Assembly (NCBI GenBank): GCA_964491095.1
Contig: CAZBFC010000165.1
Coordinates: 1-26,609 of the forward strand
From: an uncultured archaeon
GTDB taxonomy: Archaea; Halobacteriota; Archaeoglobi; Archaeoglobales; Archaeoglobaceae
Length of the DNA: 26,609 nt
Direction: 5' to 3'
Every line of letters starts with the position of its first letter. Positions within the stretch are counted from its first letter, which is position 1. A program made the translations under genes and the position numbers. Positions 8,465-17,499 of the stretch are shown piece after piece. The notes beneath the pieces are model-generated. The model had not been told where the DNA came from and did not search any database. It was given only the letters and a program-made list of their open reading frames with translations.

Positions 8465-10019
8465 ACTTAATATCGATGAAAGAGTTTTGTACATTGCTAG
8501 TTTAGTTTCAGCGGTAGCAACCTTTTCAATTCTCTATACGACTACAAAATCGTTATGTGTATCTCTCATATCGTCAGCTCTCGTCGCAGTTTTTGTAATT
8601 CTATACCCGTTCTTCGTTTTAAGGGGTAGAAGAGCATCGATTGAACTAATACTACCACATGCGATTGCATATATGCAATCTCTTTGCGGAGTGATGAATC
8701 TATACGAGATATTCAGGCAGATATTTAACGAGAAGGAGATATATAAGGAACTGTCGGAGGAATTCGGTTTAGTAGTGAGGGACGTTGAAATGCTTGGATA
8801 CAGTCTCGTCGATGCTATGAGGAATCTGGCAAACAACACGCCATCCAAGTCCCTTAGGGAATTCCTTGAAGGATTGATAATGGCGTTCGAGAGCGGTAGC
8901 GATCTGAAGGGATACATAGCAAAGAGGATAGAACTGATAAGGGAAAGGGCGAAGAGGCAGATGGAGATGAACATGAGAACTTTGGAAATAGTTTCTGAGG
9001 TATTTGTTGTCTTATTCGTTGCCCTACCGATATTCCTTGCAATAGCTCTAACAACCATGAAGATTCTCGGAACAAACCTGTTTGGAATCGTTAGAATGTA
9101 CATGTATGTGTTCATACCCATCTGTGGCGTTGCTGTTCTGTACCTCGTTGATCTGATGAACGTCAAGGAGGATCTTGGAGTCGTGAGGGCTCCTAGGGGA
9201 ATAGTTAAGGCGGGAATGGAGAAGAAGCCTTCAATACTTGATATGATCAGGACAAATTACTATTATTCCTTCATATTCAGCTTACCTGCAATTCTGATCG
9301 TTCTGTTCATCGTTAAAAACATAAGCTTCAAATATCCAGAATCGTCGCTGATTCTCCTAATAATATCGGCTTTTCTTCCCATATCAATCGCGTTCGAGTA
9401 CAGGGCGAAGTTTGTGAGGAGGATAGACAAGGAGATTCCAGAATTTCTGAGAAAAATTCTGAATCTTAAAGAGGTTGGGCTGACCCTCGGTAGTATAATT
9501 AGAATGATTAGGGAGTCTGAGATTGGAGTTATAAGCAGGGAGCTGAGAAGGGTGGAAATGTTCGTGGAGCTGGGATCAACGCTCGAAGAGGCTTTGGTTG
9601 AATTCGTTAATAGAGTTGGAGTTTCAAGCATTAGAAGAGCTATATCGATTTTAGTTAAAGCAAGTGAGGCTACTGAGAATCTGAGGGATGTACTTTTGAC
9701 GGCGATAGACGATTTTGAGTATGGGTTGAAGATGAGGGATCTCAGGTTTGCGACCGGGTTTTCTTACGCCACGATAGTTTATCTATCCTTTTACATATTC
9801 CTTTACACCGCCTATACGCTATCGCATACTTTCATGTCAAAGCTGGGCGTAGGCGGCTCTAGTTTCGTTGAGCCGATGTATAGAACATCCATTATGGTTT
9901 CAATATTTTCCGGATTGCTTGCTGGGGAAATGGAGGGTGGGCACATACTTTACGGGCTTAAGCACGTATTCTTGTTCCTCCTATCATCGCTTGTTGTATT
10001 CGAGTTCCTTGTAGGGTGA
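8436..10019 (+). CDS. Type II secretion F-domain membrane platform protein (FlaJ/TadC-like, two domains)
   Basis: Duplicated T2SS-F pattern (IELILPHAIAYM...G / IDKEIPEFLR...G) with multiple TMs. I prefer the ATG at 8436 over the ORF-track start at 8325; it overlaps the ATPase 3' end. Confidence 0.88.
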   Translation: MLREAIRLARLNIDERVLYIASLVSAVATFSILYTTTKSLCVSLISSALVAVFVILYPFFVLRGRRASIELILPHAIAYMQSLCGVMNLYEIFRQIFNEKEIYKELSEEFGLVVRDVEMLGYSLVDAMRNLANNTPSKSLREFLEGLIMAFESGSDLKGYIAKRIELIRERAKRQMEMNMRTLEIVSEVFVVLFVALPIFLAIALTTMKILGTNLFGIVRMYMYVFIPICGVAVLYLVDLMNVKEDLGVVRAPRGIVKAGMEKKPSILDMIRTNYYYSFIFSLPAILIVLFIVKNISFKYPESSLILLIISAFLPISIAFEYRAKFVRRIDKEIPEFLRKILNLKEVGLTLGSIIRMIRESEIGVISRELRRVEMFVELGSTLEEALVEFVNRVGVSSIRRAISILVKASEATENLRDVLLTAIDDFEYGLKMRDLRFATGFSYATIVYLSFYIFLYTAYTLSHTFMSKLGVGGSSFVEPMYRTSIMVSIFSGLLAGEMEGGHILYGLKHVFLFLLSSLVVFEFLVG

Positions 10020-10023
10020 TAGC

Positions 10024-10404
10024 ATGAGGGGGGTTTCTGAGGTTCTCGGAGAAATTTTACTTCTCGCCATAGTGGTATTGCTTGTGGCCGCTTTTTCCTC
10101 CGAACTTGGAACGCTGATTCCGAGCCTTAAAGAACATCCAGAAGCAAACTTCGTTTTAACATTAAAGGGAAATAACTACACAATCGTTCATACCTCTGGT
10201 GACCCCCTACCGCTTTGGGATACTAAGATAACAGTTTACAATGGATCTCTAATAAGATTGAATTCTACCAAGCTCGTAAACGATCTTAATGGGAACGGAT
10301 ATTGGGATTTTGGAGAATGGGCTAATTTAAGTAGGAGATACGGCAGAAGGTTGGTGATATCGATTGTCGTTGGTGATTATGTCGTCTGCAGGATACACAC
10401 GTAG
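10024..10404 (+). CDS. Archaeal type IV pilin (DUF1628-like)
   Basis: Class III signal peptide MRG|VSEVLGEILLLAIVV; HTSGDPL and WDFGE motifs typical of archaeal pilins. Confidence 0.8.
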   Translation: MRGVSEVLGEILLLAIVVLLVAAFSSELGTLIPSLKEHPEANFVLTLKGNNYTIVHTSGDPLPLWDTKITVYNGSLIRLNSTKLVNDLNGNGYWDFGEWANLSRRYGRRLVISIVVGDYVVCRIHT

Positions 10405-11149
10405 AGGTATTTCCTCCGTTCTCGGAGCCATGCTCGTTCTCGCTGTTGTATCGACACTGGTAGTTTCCATCATCGTTTACTATCTGCCAAATTTAAAAAA
10501 GTATGCAGAGTTTAAGCATGAGGACGAATTAATCGATCAGTTTTTGAGAATAGCTGATCTCTATCCTAACTGTGAAGTTTCCCTCAAACTGGGTGGAGGA
10601 GCAACAGCATTTAATCCCTTAAAGACCAGCGCAACTGTTGAAGTAAATGTCAGTGGAAATTTTACGGTCGAGATTTGGAACGGTAGCAAGCTCATCTTCA
10701 GGTGCTACGCCGTCGTACCCTGCCTGAATCTTTCAACATACAATACCAGAATTGAAAATATCAGGATTTCCTACTCCGAAGGTGGAATTCTGATGCAGCA
10801 GGGTAGATATGTAATTGTTCGTAAACCGCCGGATTTCGACAGGGTTTTGAGGATTGTAAGGGCTGGCAATAGCATTGAGATGACAGTTTACAACTACACA
10901 TCCGGTTTTCAGGAGATAGCCGGAAACGGATTTGGATTTGTATCTGTGAGGGCAGTGAAATTGAAGAGTCTGAGCTTTAGAAATATAACTGAAGTAACGG
11001 TGACCGTGAACGATGAACTCTTCCAGAATTACTGGGAAACCTACCTTAAATCCTACGGATTCATTCAAAATTCTCCAGGAGTTTGGATCCTTAACTTGGC
11101 GGGAAATGCTACAGTTACAGTTTATAACGTTACGATTAGGCTTTATTAA
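10379..11149 (+). CDS. Pilin-like protein with class III signal peptide (probable minor pilin)
   Basis: MSSAGYTRRG|ISSVLGAMLVLAVV; GGTGAT SD before the ATG at 10379; several N-x-S/T sequons. Confidence 0.75.
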   Translation: MSSAGYTRRGISSVLGAMLVLAVVSTLVVSIIVYYLPNLKKYAEFKHEDELIDQFLRIADLYPNCEVSLKLGGGATAFNPLKTSATVEVNVSGNFTVEIWNGSKLIFRCYAVVPCLNLSTYNTRIENIRISYSEGGILMQQGRYVIVRKPPDFDRVLRIVRAGNSIEMTVYNYTSGFQEIAGNGFGFVSVRAVKLKSLSFRNITEVTVTVNDELFQNYWETYLKSYGFIQNSPGVWILNLAGNATVTVYNVTIRLY

Positions 11150-11249
11150 TATAATATTTTAGATAAAATAAAAAAATAAAAACAAACGGAAATAGCTGAA
11201 GCGCAACGCAATTAATCATTAACTATCATGATAATAATGTAAAATTTAT

Positions 11250-11278
11250 TTGATTTGGAATCAAGAAAATTTTATATA
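11250..11278 (+). promoter_or_regulatory. Palindrome plus BRE/TATA promoter of the downstream pilin pair
   Basis: TTGATT-tgg-AATCAA (11250-11264) immediately followed by GAAAA-TTTTATATA (11265-11278). Confidence 0.55.
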
Positions 11279-11310
11279 GTTGTTGATGGACGATGATTGG
11301 GGGTGAGTTG

Positions 11311-12000
11311 ATGGGCAAGGGAGTATCGCCAGTGATCGGAGTAATGCTTATGCTTGTAGTTGCAATACTGCTCGCCGCAGCGGTCAGTACTTACGTTGGT
11401 CAGATACAGATGAAGAAGCCAGCGCCCACGGCTGTATTTGAATGCAGGATTGTTAAGAACAGGACGATAACGATGAACGGATACACTTACAAGGTTACAT
11501 ATTTCGAGCTTAAGGAAGTCTCTGGAGACTCAATTCCAACGAAGGATCTCGAAATAATAACATACAATCCAGATGCCTATGGATCTCACAAAACGAGAAT
11601 TGTATTGCCCAACAGCATGAATACGCATTATTACACAACTTGGGGGTACTGGCACAATGGAACGTGCCCCTACCTGAACAACTACGCATACGGTTATTGG
11701 TTCAGCAATCCCAAGACGTGGTTCGGAAACTACACGATAAAGCCCGGCATAACGATCACCGCAGATTGGTACATCGGAACCGACTACCAGGCCAAATGGA
11801 ATGCAACGATAGGTGATTACAATGGATTCAACGTTAACAGATCCATAGATCCAAACGCTGGAAATGTTACCGGATTCTGCGCCTGCATAGCAGACGGCTG
11901 GAACGTTACTCCCGGTCATTACATAACTGTGAAAGTCGTGTACATACCGACACATACCGTAATCTGGGAGAAGGATGTTATGGTTGAGAGTGGTGAGTAG
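11311..12000 (+). CDS. Archaeal type IV pilin, aromatic-rich
   Basis: MGKG|VSPVIGVMLMLVVAILLAAAV; GGGGTGA SD before the ATG at 11311 (the track start at 11293 probably lies upstream of the TSS). Confidence 0.85.
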   Translation: MGKGVSPVIGVMLMLVVAILLAAAVSTYVGQIQMKKPAPTAVFECRIVKNRTITMNGYTYKVTYFELKEVSGDSIPTKDLEIITYNPDAYGSHKTRIVLPNSMNTHYYTTWGYWHNGTCPYLNNYAYGYWFSNPKTWFGNYTIKPGITITADWYIGTDYQAKWNATIGDYNGFNVNRSIDPNAGNVTGFCACIADGWNVTPGHYITVKVVYIPTHTVIWEKDVMVESGE

Positions 12001-12002
12001 TT

Positions 12003-12485
12003 ATGATGGGTAAGAAGGGAGTTTCTACTATTGTTGGCGTGATGCTGATGATTGTCGTGACAGTTCTGCTCGCTGCGGCGGTGAGCATGTACGCAAATTC
12101 CGTATCTGTAAAGGATCGAACTCCCTCAGCTGAATTCAGCGCATACGCTTCATACTCTTCGGGAAACATAAAACTCGACATGCTCAGCGGTGATACTATA
12201 TATAAGTCGAACATAAAGATAAGGATATCGACGGATTATCCAGAGACTTCTGGATATGTTAACATGAGCAACGTTACGTTCATACACGGGAACAACAGCA
12301 ACGCCGATATACTCATGCCCGGAGATGTCATGCTGATAAAGTTCGTTAAAGGTCGCTATGGAGCGGAATTCACAGGTCAAAACATCAGACTCTCGATTCC
12401 AGTCGGGTACAAGTTCAGGGTAACCATAATAGACAAGGACACCGGTCAGCCGATATGGTCTTCTGTCCTCGTAATGAATCCCTAA
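12003..12485 (+). CDS. Archaeal type IV pilin
   Basis: MMGKKG|VSTIVGVMLMIVVTVLLAAAV; SGDTI and PGD motifs; 2 bp from the previous pilin. Confidence 0.87.
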   Translation: MMGKKGVSTIVGVMLMIVVTVLLAAAVSMYANSVSVKDRTPSAEFSAYASYSSGNIKLDMLSGDTIYKSNIKIRISTDYPETSGYVNMSNVTFIHGNNSNADILMPGDVMLIKFVKGRYGAEFTGQNIRLSIPVGYKFRVTIIDKDTGQPIWSSVLVMNP

Positions 12486-12864
12486 TTTTTCATATTTTTT
12501 TGAAATTTTACGGTGATGTCGCGGCAATGTTGATGGATTACGACAGTCTAAGTAATCTTCCGAGCATTTCGGGGGTTCTGATGGTTTTCCTGATGAATTA
12601 GAGGATAATGTTTCCTGAAGATACGATCGTTCTACGTGGTTCTCAGACTATTTTTAATAGTCCGTGTAAAATATTGCGTTACGTTTTAATTAATCGTTTA
12701 ATGTTAACGGAGCGATCACATGCTGCATAAGCTTGCGAGAATCAACTTCCAAATTCATTTTTCCTACAAAATTTTTCATTCCTCTTTTTTGAGAAATTTC
12801 TAATCCTATTGCAGTCTTAGGAGAAAGTTTAAAGATCTTGCTAGCCTTATCCTTACAAAAAGTC

Positions 12865-13132
12865 GCTAAGAAGGTTAGCTCTTCGGAGGGGGGATGAATT
12901 AGGCCTTATAAATTCTCGCTCCGATTTATCTAACGTCGGGGCGGGAAGGGTCAACCGAGCAGGGGGAACCTTGGAGGGGTAGAGATAAAACGGGGTGCTG
13001 CTGGTGCATATCCGATGAGGCTGAGGATATGCTCAAACTTCAGTGCGGGGAGGAGGTCAACAATTTGGTAGTGCCGTAATACTGTTGATGACATATTTAA
13101 GCTGTACACGATGTAGCGCCATCACCACCAAT
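12865..13132 (+). ncRNA. Candidate structured non-coding RNA of unknown class
   Basis: GC-rich island with no credible ORF, several hairpins, a UUCG tetraloop and a K-loop; see findings. Confidence 0.35.
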
Positions 13133-13227
13133 TTTTACTTTTCGAGTCCTGATGATTTATCTACATATGTACCTACATATGAACATACAAATAAAAGTAA
13201 TATTTTATTAAAGAAGAATCTTTTAGA

Positions 13228-13620
13228 ATGAGGTTCGTACTTGCATCGTATGTAGCGGTCTTGGCTCTTTCCGCAATCGATGCGATAACGACCATGCTCG
13301 CTGTAGGAAACGATATAGGTTACGAGGTTAACCCATTCGTGAAGATTTTACTTCTAAACAATAATTTCCTGATTCTTAAGATTGCTATTACAGGAATAGC
13401 TTTTGCCGTTGCAACTAAGATCCTCGATAAAAATCTAAGGGTTCTTAAAGCATGTTACCTCTCCGTAATCACCTTCTACTCTCTGATAATCATCAACAAT
13501 CTGGGTGTGATTACTTGTTCTTTCGATCTTAATTTGGATATGGGCAAGATGGTTGCAATAGTTGCAGTCTTGTTCCTACTTTACTTCAAAGCGATTCAAG
13601 ATTCTCAACGACAGCCCTAG
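13228..13620 (+). CDS. DUF5658-like small membrane protein
   Basis: D.ITT....G..GYEVNP pattern plus about four TMs. Confidence 0.65.
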   Translation: MRFVLASYVAVLALSAIDAITTMLAVGNDIGYEVNPFVKILLLNNNFLILKIAITGIAFAVATKILDKNLRVLKACYLSVITFYSLIIINNLGVITCSFDLNLDMGKMVAIVAVLFLLYFKAIQDSQRQP

Positions 13621-14821
13621 CGAATTCTCTCGTTCCAACTAAGGTGCCCCCCACGTGTCTGTGAATATCGTAGGTTACTATCTTACTCTTTATCGTCATC
13701 TCAACAGCCTTCTTTATCAACTCTGCCCCTTCCTTCCAGCCCAAGAACTCGAACATCAAAGCTCCTGTTAGAATCATGGCTGTAGGATTTACCTTGTTCT
13801 GACCAGCATACTTCGGGGCTGAGCCGTGAACGGGTTCAAATACACCCATATCTTCTCTTATGTTCGAGCCGGGTGCTACGCCTAGGCCACCTACAAGTCC
13901 AGCAGCCATATCGCTTAAGTAGTCTCCGTTTAGGTTGGGGGTGACGATCACATCGTATTCTTCAGTCCTCGTCAGCAGCTGCTGGAACATGTTGTCCGCA
14001 ATCCTGTCCTTGATTACTATCTTACCTTCTGGAACCTCTCCACCGTAGTTGTTCCAAAGTTCCTCTTCAGTGATGACACGATCGCCGAACTCCTCCTTAG
14101 CTACCTCATAGCCCCATTCTCTAAATGCACCTTCGGTGTACTTCATGATGTTACCCTTATGGACTAGGGTCACACTCTTCCTTCCATTCTCAAGTGCGTA
14201 CTTAATTGCAAGTCTTACGATCCTCTTCGTAGCGAACTCACTTATCGGCTTTAATCCTATGCCCGAATCTTTTCTGACCTTTATTCCAAATTCTCTCTCA
14301 AGGAACTCTATCACCTTTAGAGCTTCTGGGCTACCTTTCTGCCATTCTATTCCGGCGTAAACATCCTCAGTGGTTTCTCTGAAAATCACGAGGTTGACCT
14401 TTTCGGGATTCTTCAGCGGGCTGGGGACTCCTTGAATGTAGTAGACTGGCCTAACGCATGCATACAGATCCAGAACCTGCCTGATCGTAACGTTCAAACT
14501 TCTGTAACCTCCGCCAACTGGAGTGGTGAGCGGTCCCTTCAAAGCTACCCTAAACTCTCTGATCGCATTGAGCGTATCTTCTGGCAGATAAGTTCCGTAG
14601 AGCTTGTACGCATCCTCACCAGCGTAAACCTTAAACCAGACGATTTCCTTGCCGATCTTCTCAGCAGCAGCATCAAGCACCATTAAAGCCGCCGGTACAA
14701 CATCTTTGCCAATTCCATCGCCCTCTATGTACGGAATAATCGGATTATCGGGAACTATCAACTTTCCGTCTTCGTACCTTACCTTCTCTCCTTCTTCCGG
14801 TGGCTTAACCTTCTGATACAT
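13586..14821 (-). CDS. icd: Isocitrate dehydrogenase (NADP, homodimeric type)
   Basis: [55 protein letters not shown]. Confidence 0.97.
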   Translation of the reverse strand: MYQKVKPPEEGEKVRYEDGKLIVPDNPIIPYIEGDGIGKDVVPAALMVLDAAAEKIGKEIVWFKVYAGEDAYKLYGTYLPEDTLNAIREFRVALKGPLTTPVGGGYRSLNVTIRQVLDLYACVRPVYYIQGVPSPLKNPEKVNLVIFRETTEDVYAGIEWQKGSPEALKVIEFLEREFGIKVRKDSGIGLKPISEFATKRIVRLAIKYALENGRKSVTLVHKGNIMKYTEGAFREWGYEVAKEEFGDRVITEEELWNNYGGEVPEGKIVIKDRIADNMFQQLLTRTEEYDVIVTPNLNGDYLSDMAAGLVGGLGVAPGSNIREDMGVFEPVHGSAPKYAGQNKVNPTAMILTGALMFEFLGWKEGAELIKKAVEMTIKSKIVTYDIHRHVGGTLVGTREFARAVVENLESL

Positions 14822-14901
14822 GGATTATTTGCTTCGAAAATCGTTTTAAAATCTTTTTTGAATTATACATAAAATTAAAATACGCAAAACAAATTCAGAT
14901 T

Positions 14902-15384
14902 ATGGTTAACAAAATTGGATTGGCAATTGTGCTACTTTTTATCTTGCTTGTTGAACCTGCTAAAGCCGATGTGATACTCCCAGGGCAGAGTATAAGTGAT
15001 TACATGCAAGCTAAGCTTCTAGGGGGACTACTTATAATGTTGATACTGTTGGCAATCACGATCTGCATAGAATCGGCTGTCGCTTTTATATACTCCCTTG
15101 TGAGAAAACTGAAAGTTGTTTGGACAATACTTTACGTTATTTTGGCAAATGTTTTATCGTATCCAGTTTCTTTTCTTCTTCCATTTCCAATAATCGGCAA
15201 AGAACTTTTAGTAATTTTGATTGAATCTTTGATTTACCGTTTTGTGGCGAAATTGAATTGGAAAGACTCGATCTCTCTCAGCGTAATAGCAAATGTGATC
15301 AGTGCTGGATTTTTTCTCATACAATTCCCAATTTATGCACTATCGTTAGCAGTATCAGTGCAACTATGCATGCTCCCTCCCTAA
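14902..15384 (+). CDS. Hypothetical integral membrane protein with signal peptide
   Basis: Signal-like N-terminus (..PAKA|D), multiple TMs, repeated IE...AN..S pattern. Confidence 0.55.
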   Translation: MVNKIGLAIVLLFILLVEPAKADVILPGQSISDYMQAKLLGGLLIMLILLAITICIESAVAFIYSLVRKLKVVWTILYVILANVLSYPVSFLLPFPIIGKELLVILIESLIYRFVAKLNWKDSISLSVIANVISAGFFLIQFPIYALSLAVSVQLCMLPP

Positions 15385-16255
15385 CGGCGACGTTTATCAT
15401 CGTAAGCTTAACTCCCAGCTTAGTTCCAAAGAACGAGACATTTATGGCTAAAGATCTCCTTAGGCATTCTACGATTCCATGAAACATCGATGCGATGAAT
15501 ATTGACACCAAAACAGAGAAATAGTCTATAGCCCCCCTCGCAAGCAGAGAACCAGCTACACCTATCCCAGCGATCATGCTAGATGTTCCGGCTGCTATTA
15601 TGATCAATCCGGATGAAGGTAACCCAAATATATCCAAAACGGGTTTACATACGCTGTTAAGCACATTTAAAAATCCCAAATCGAGTATGAGCATAACAAT
15701 AAATACTGAAGGTATAAAAATTGCCAAAGTCCTGAAGAACAGCTTTATCGATCTGATTACACTTTCCTTAATTGTTACATCCTCAAAATGGTCGTCATCG
15801 ATTGTGCATCCATCCCCAACAAGCCTACGTCCGAAAAGCACTCCGACCAATATCACTCCAAGCCTTGAAAAAATCTCGAGCAACGTGTATATCAAGCCCA
15901 AAATGAAACCCAGAGCTGAAAATGCAATTGGAGCCAAAAACATCAATATTATTCGGATATTTCTTGGAATCAAGGAAATCAAAAAGATTACAGTTACTTC
16001 ATCTCTATTAAGCACATTTCTTCTGTATAAATCGGACAGCATAGAAAGTCCTGCGATTGGATGAGCAAAGAAGGCAAGGATAACACTACCGCACCTCAAA
16101 TTTGCAAAAGAAGTTAACTTGTCAATTGGTTCGATAAATCTCCTAACCTGTGGCAATGAGAAGAAAACGTTCGAAGCTAAGAGGCCTATGAACATTACAG
16201 GAACTACCATTTTTAGCAAGTTTAGAGTTTCAAGGGTTACTTTGATTAAATCCAT
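15317..16255 (-). CDS. Nucleoside-recognition (Gate) domain membrane protein
   Basis: 312 aa polytopic protein with two repeats (..FFAHPIAG..ML.DLY..; ..PVL..FGLP......AAG). Confidence 0.65.
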   Translation of the reverse strand: MDLIKVTLETLNLLKMVVPVMFIGLLASNVFFSLPQVRRFIEPIDKLTSFANLRCGSVILAFFAHPIAGLSMLSDLYRRNVLNRDEVTVIFLISLIPRNIRIILMFLAPIAFSALGFILGLIYTLLEIFSRLGVILVGVLFGRRLVGDGCTIDDDHFEDVTIKESVIRSIKLFFRTLAIFIPSVFIVMLILDLGFLNVLNSVCKPVLDIFGLPSSGLIIIAAGTSSMIAGIGVAGSLLARGAIDYFSVLVSIFIASMFHGIVECLRRSLAINVSFFGTKLGVKLTMINVAVREGACIVALILLTIVHKLGIV

Positions 16256-16337
16256 CCGAACAATCTAATGACAAATAACTATTTATAATAGGCGTTTACT
16301 ATCTATTGTTCGAAAAACAGAGACGGAGGCGAAAACA

Positions 16338-17495
16338 ATGAAGGCGCCAGCGGATACAACGAAATACCTCATTCATGCTGAGATAGTGGCCGATGGAGTG
16401 GTTGAGAAGCCAGATGTCGTTGGAGCCATATTCGGGCAGACTGAGGGTTTGTTGGGTGATGATCTAGATCTGAGGGAGTTGCAGAAGACTGGGAGGATTG
16501 GTAGGATAGAGGTTAAAATAGAGAGTAGAGGTGGAAAGAGTTACGGAGAGATTAAGGTACCATCGAGCTTGGACAAGATAGAGACCGCCATACTGGCCGC
16601 AGCGCTCGAAACGATCGAGAGGGTTGGCCCATGCTCGGCTAGGATAAAGGTTACGAAAATTGAGGATGTTAGGGCAAGTAAGAGGAAAAAAATAATAGAG
16701 AGGGCCAAGGAGATTTTGAGAGAACTCTTCGAAGAGCCAGAAATCGAATCGGAGAAGATCGTTGAATTGGTCAGACAGGCGGTGAGGGCTGAGGAGATCA
16801 TAGAGTACGGAGAGGATAAGCTACCAGCAGGGCCAGCTATAGACGAGTCAGATGCGATAATAATCGTTGAAGGTAGGGCGGATGTCCTTAACCTTCTCAG
16901 GCACGGAATCAAGAACGTCATTGCTGTGGAAGGAACGAACATTCCAAAGACGATAATAGAGCTCTGTAAGAAGAAGACTGTCACGGCGTTCTTAGATGGA
17001 GACAGAGGTGGAGATCTAATACTCAAGGAACTTCTGCAGGTCGCTGATATAGATTACGTTGCAAGGGCACCTGAGGGTAAGGGGGTTGAGGATCTAACGC
17101 AAAAGGAAATAATCAAAGCTCTGAGGAACAAGATTCCAGTGGAGCAACTGCACTTCGTTAAGGCTAAGAAGGAGGAAAAGCCTAAGGAGAAGGTGGAGAA
17201 AACTGATCTCATTACGGCTTTAAAGAAGCACAAGGAGGAAGTAGAGGGAAAGCTGATTGCCAGACTACTTGACAAGAACCTTGAGGTTATCAAGGAGGTT
17301 CCAGTGAGGGATCTGGTTAGGGTTTTAAAGACCGACAATACCAAAACTTCAAGCATAGTCTTCGATGGGGTCATAACTCAGAGGCTCATCGACTTGGCAG
17401 CAAAGAAGGAGATCAACTATCTGGTAGGAGTTAGGTTGGGTAACGTCGTTAAGATACCCACAAATGTTAAGATTATTACTTTTGACAAACTTTAA
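16338..17495 (+). CDS. dnaG: Archaeal DnaG (primase-like, exosome-associated)
   Basis: [36 protein letters not shown] and FLDGDRGG. Confidence 0.96.
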   Translation: MKAPADTTKYLIHAEIVADGVVEKPDVVGAIFGQTEGLLGDDLDLRELQKTGRIGRIEVKIESRGGKSYGEIKVPSSLDKIETAILAAALETIERVGPCSARIKVTKIEDVRASKRKKIIERAKEILRELFEEPEIESEKIVELVRQAVRAEEIIEYGEDKLPAGPAIDESDAIIIVEGRADVLNLLRHGIKNVIAVEGTNIPKTIIELCKKKTVTAFLDGDRGGDLILKELLQVADIDYVARAPEGKGVEDLTQKEIIKALRNKIPVEQLHFVKAKKEEKPKEKVEKTDLITALKKHKEEVEGKLIARLLDKNLEVIKEVPVRDLVRVLKTDNTKTSSIVFDGVITQRLIDLAAKKEINYLVGVRLGNVVKIPTNVKIITFDKL

Positions 17496-17499
17496 TTTT

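Noticed and set aside
10028-10033. G6 run at the pilin cleavage site as a phase-variation tract
   Set aside because: Too short, and fully explained by the Arg-Gly-Val codons.
11626-11733. Diversity-generating retroelement variable region in the Asn/Tyr-rich pilin
   Set aside because: No template-repeat copy and no reverse transcriptase in the window.
12527-12730. Reading frame with one internal stop (MLMDYDS...N*RIMFPE...)
   Set aside because: No recognisable homology and atypical composition, so a pseudogene call is unsupported. The region remains unexplained.
12992-13050. TPP-riboswitch-like GGGGUGC...GCUGAG
   Set aside because: Lacks the downstream ACCC...ACCUGAU...GCGUAGG core, and no thiamine gene follows.
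12865-13132. RNase P, SRP or fluoride-riboswitch identity for the structured element
   Set aside because: No GAGGAAAGUCC or AACAGAA P4 strands, no SRP GCCAGG/GGAAGCAGC domain IV, and no complete crcB pseudoknot on either strand.
13085-13152. Possible extra C/D sRNA (UUGAUGA...CUGA)
   Set aside because: The spacing is long and there is no convincing internal D'/C' pair.
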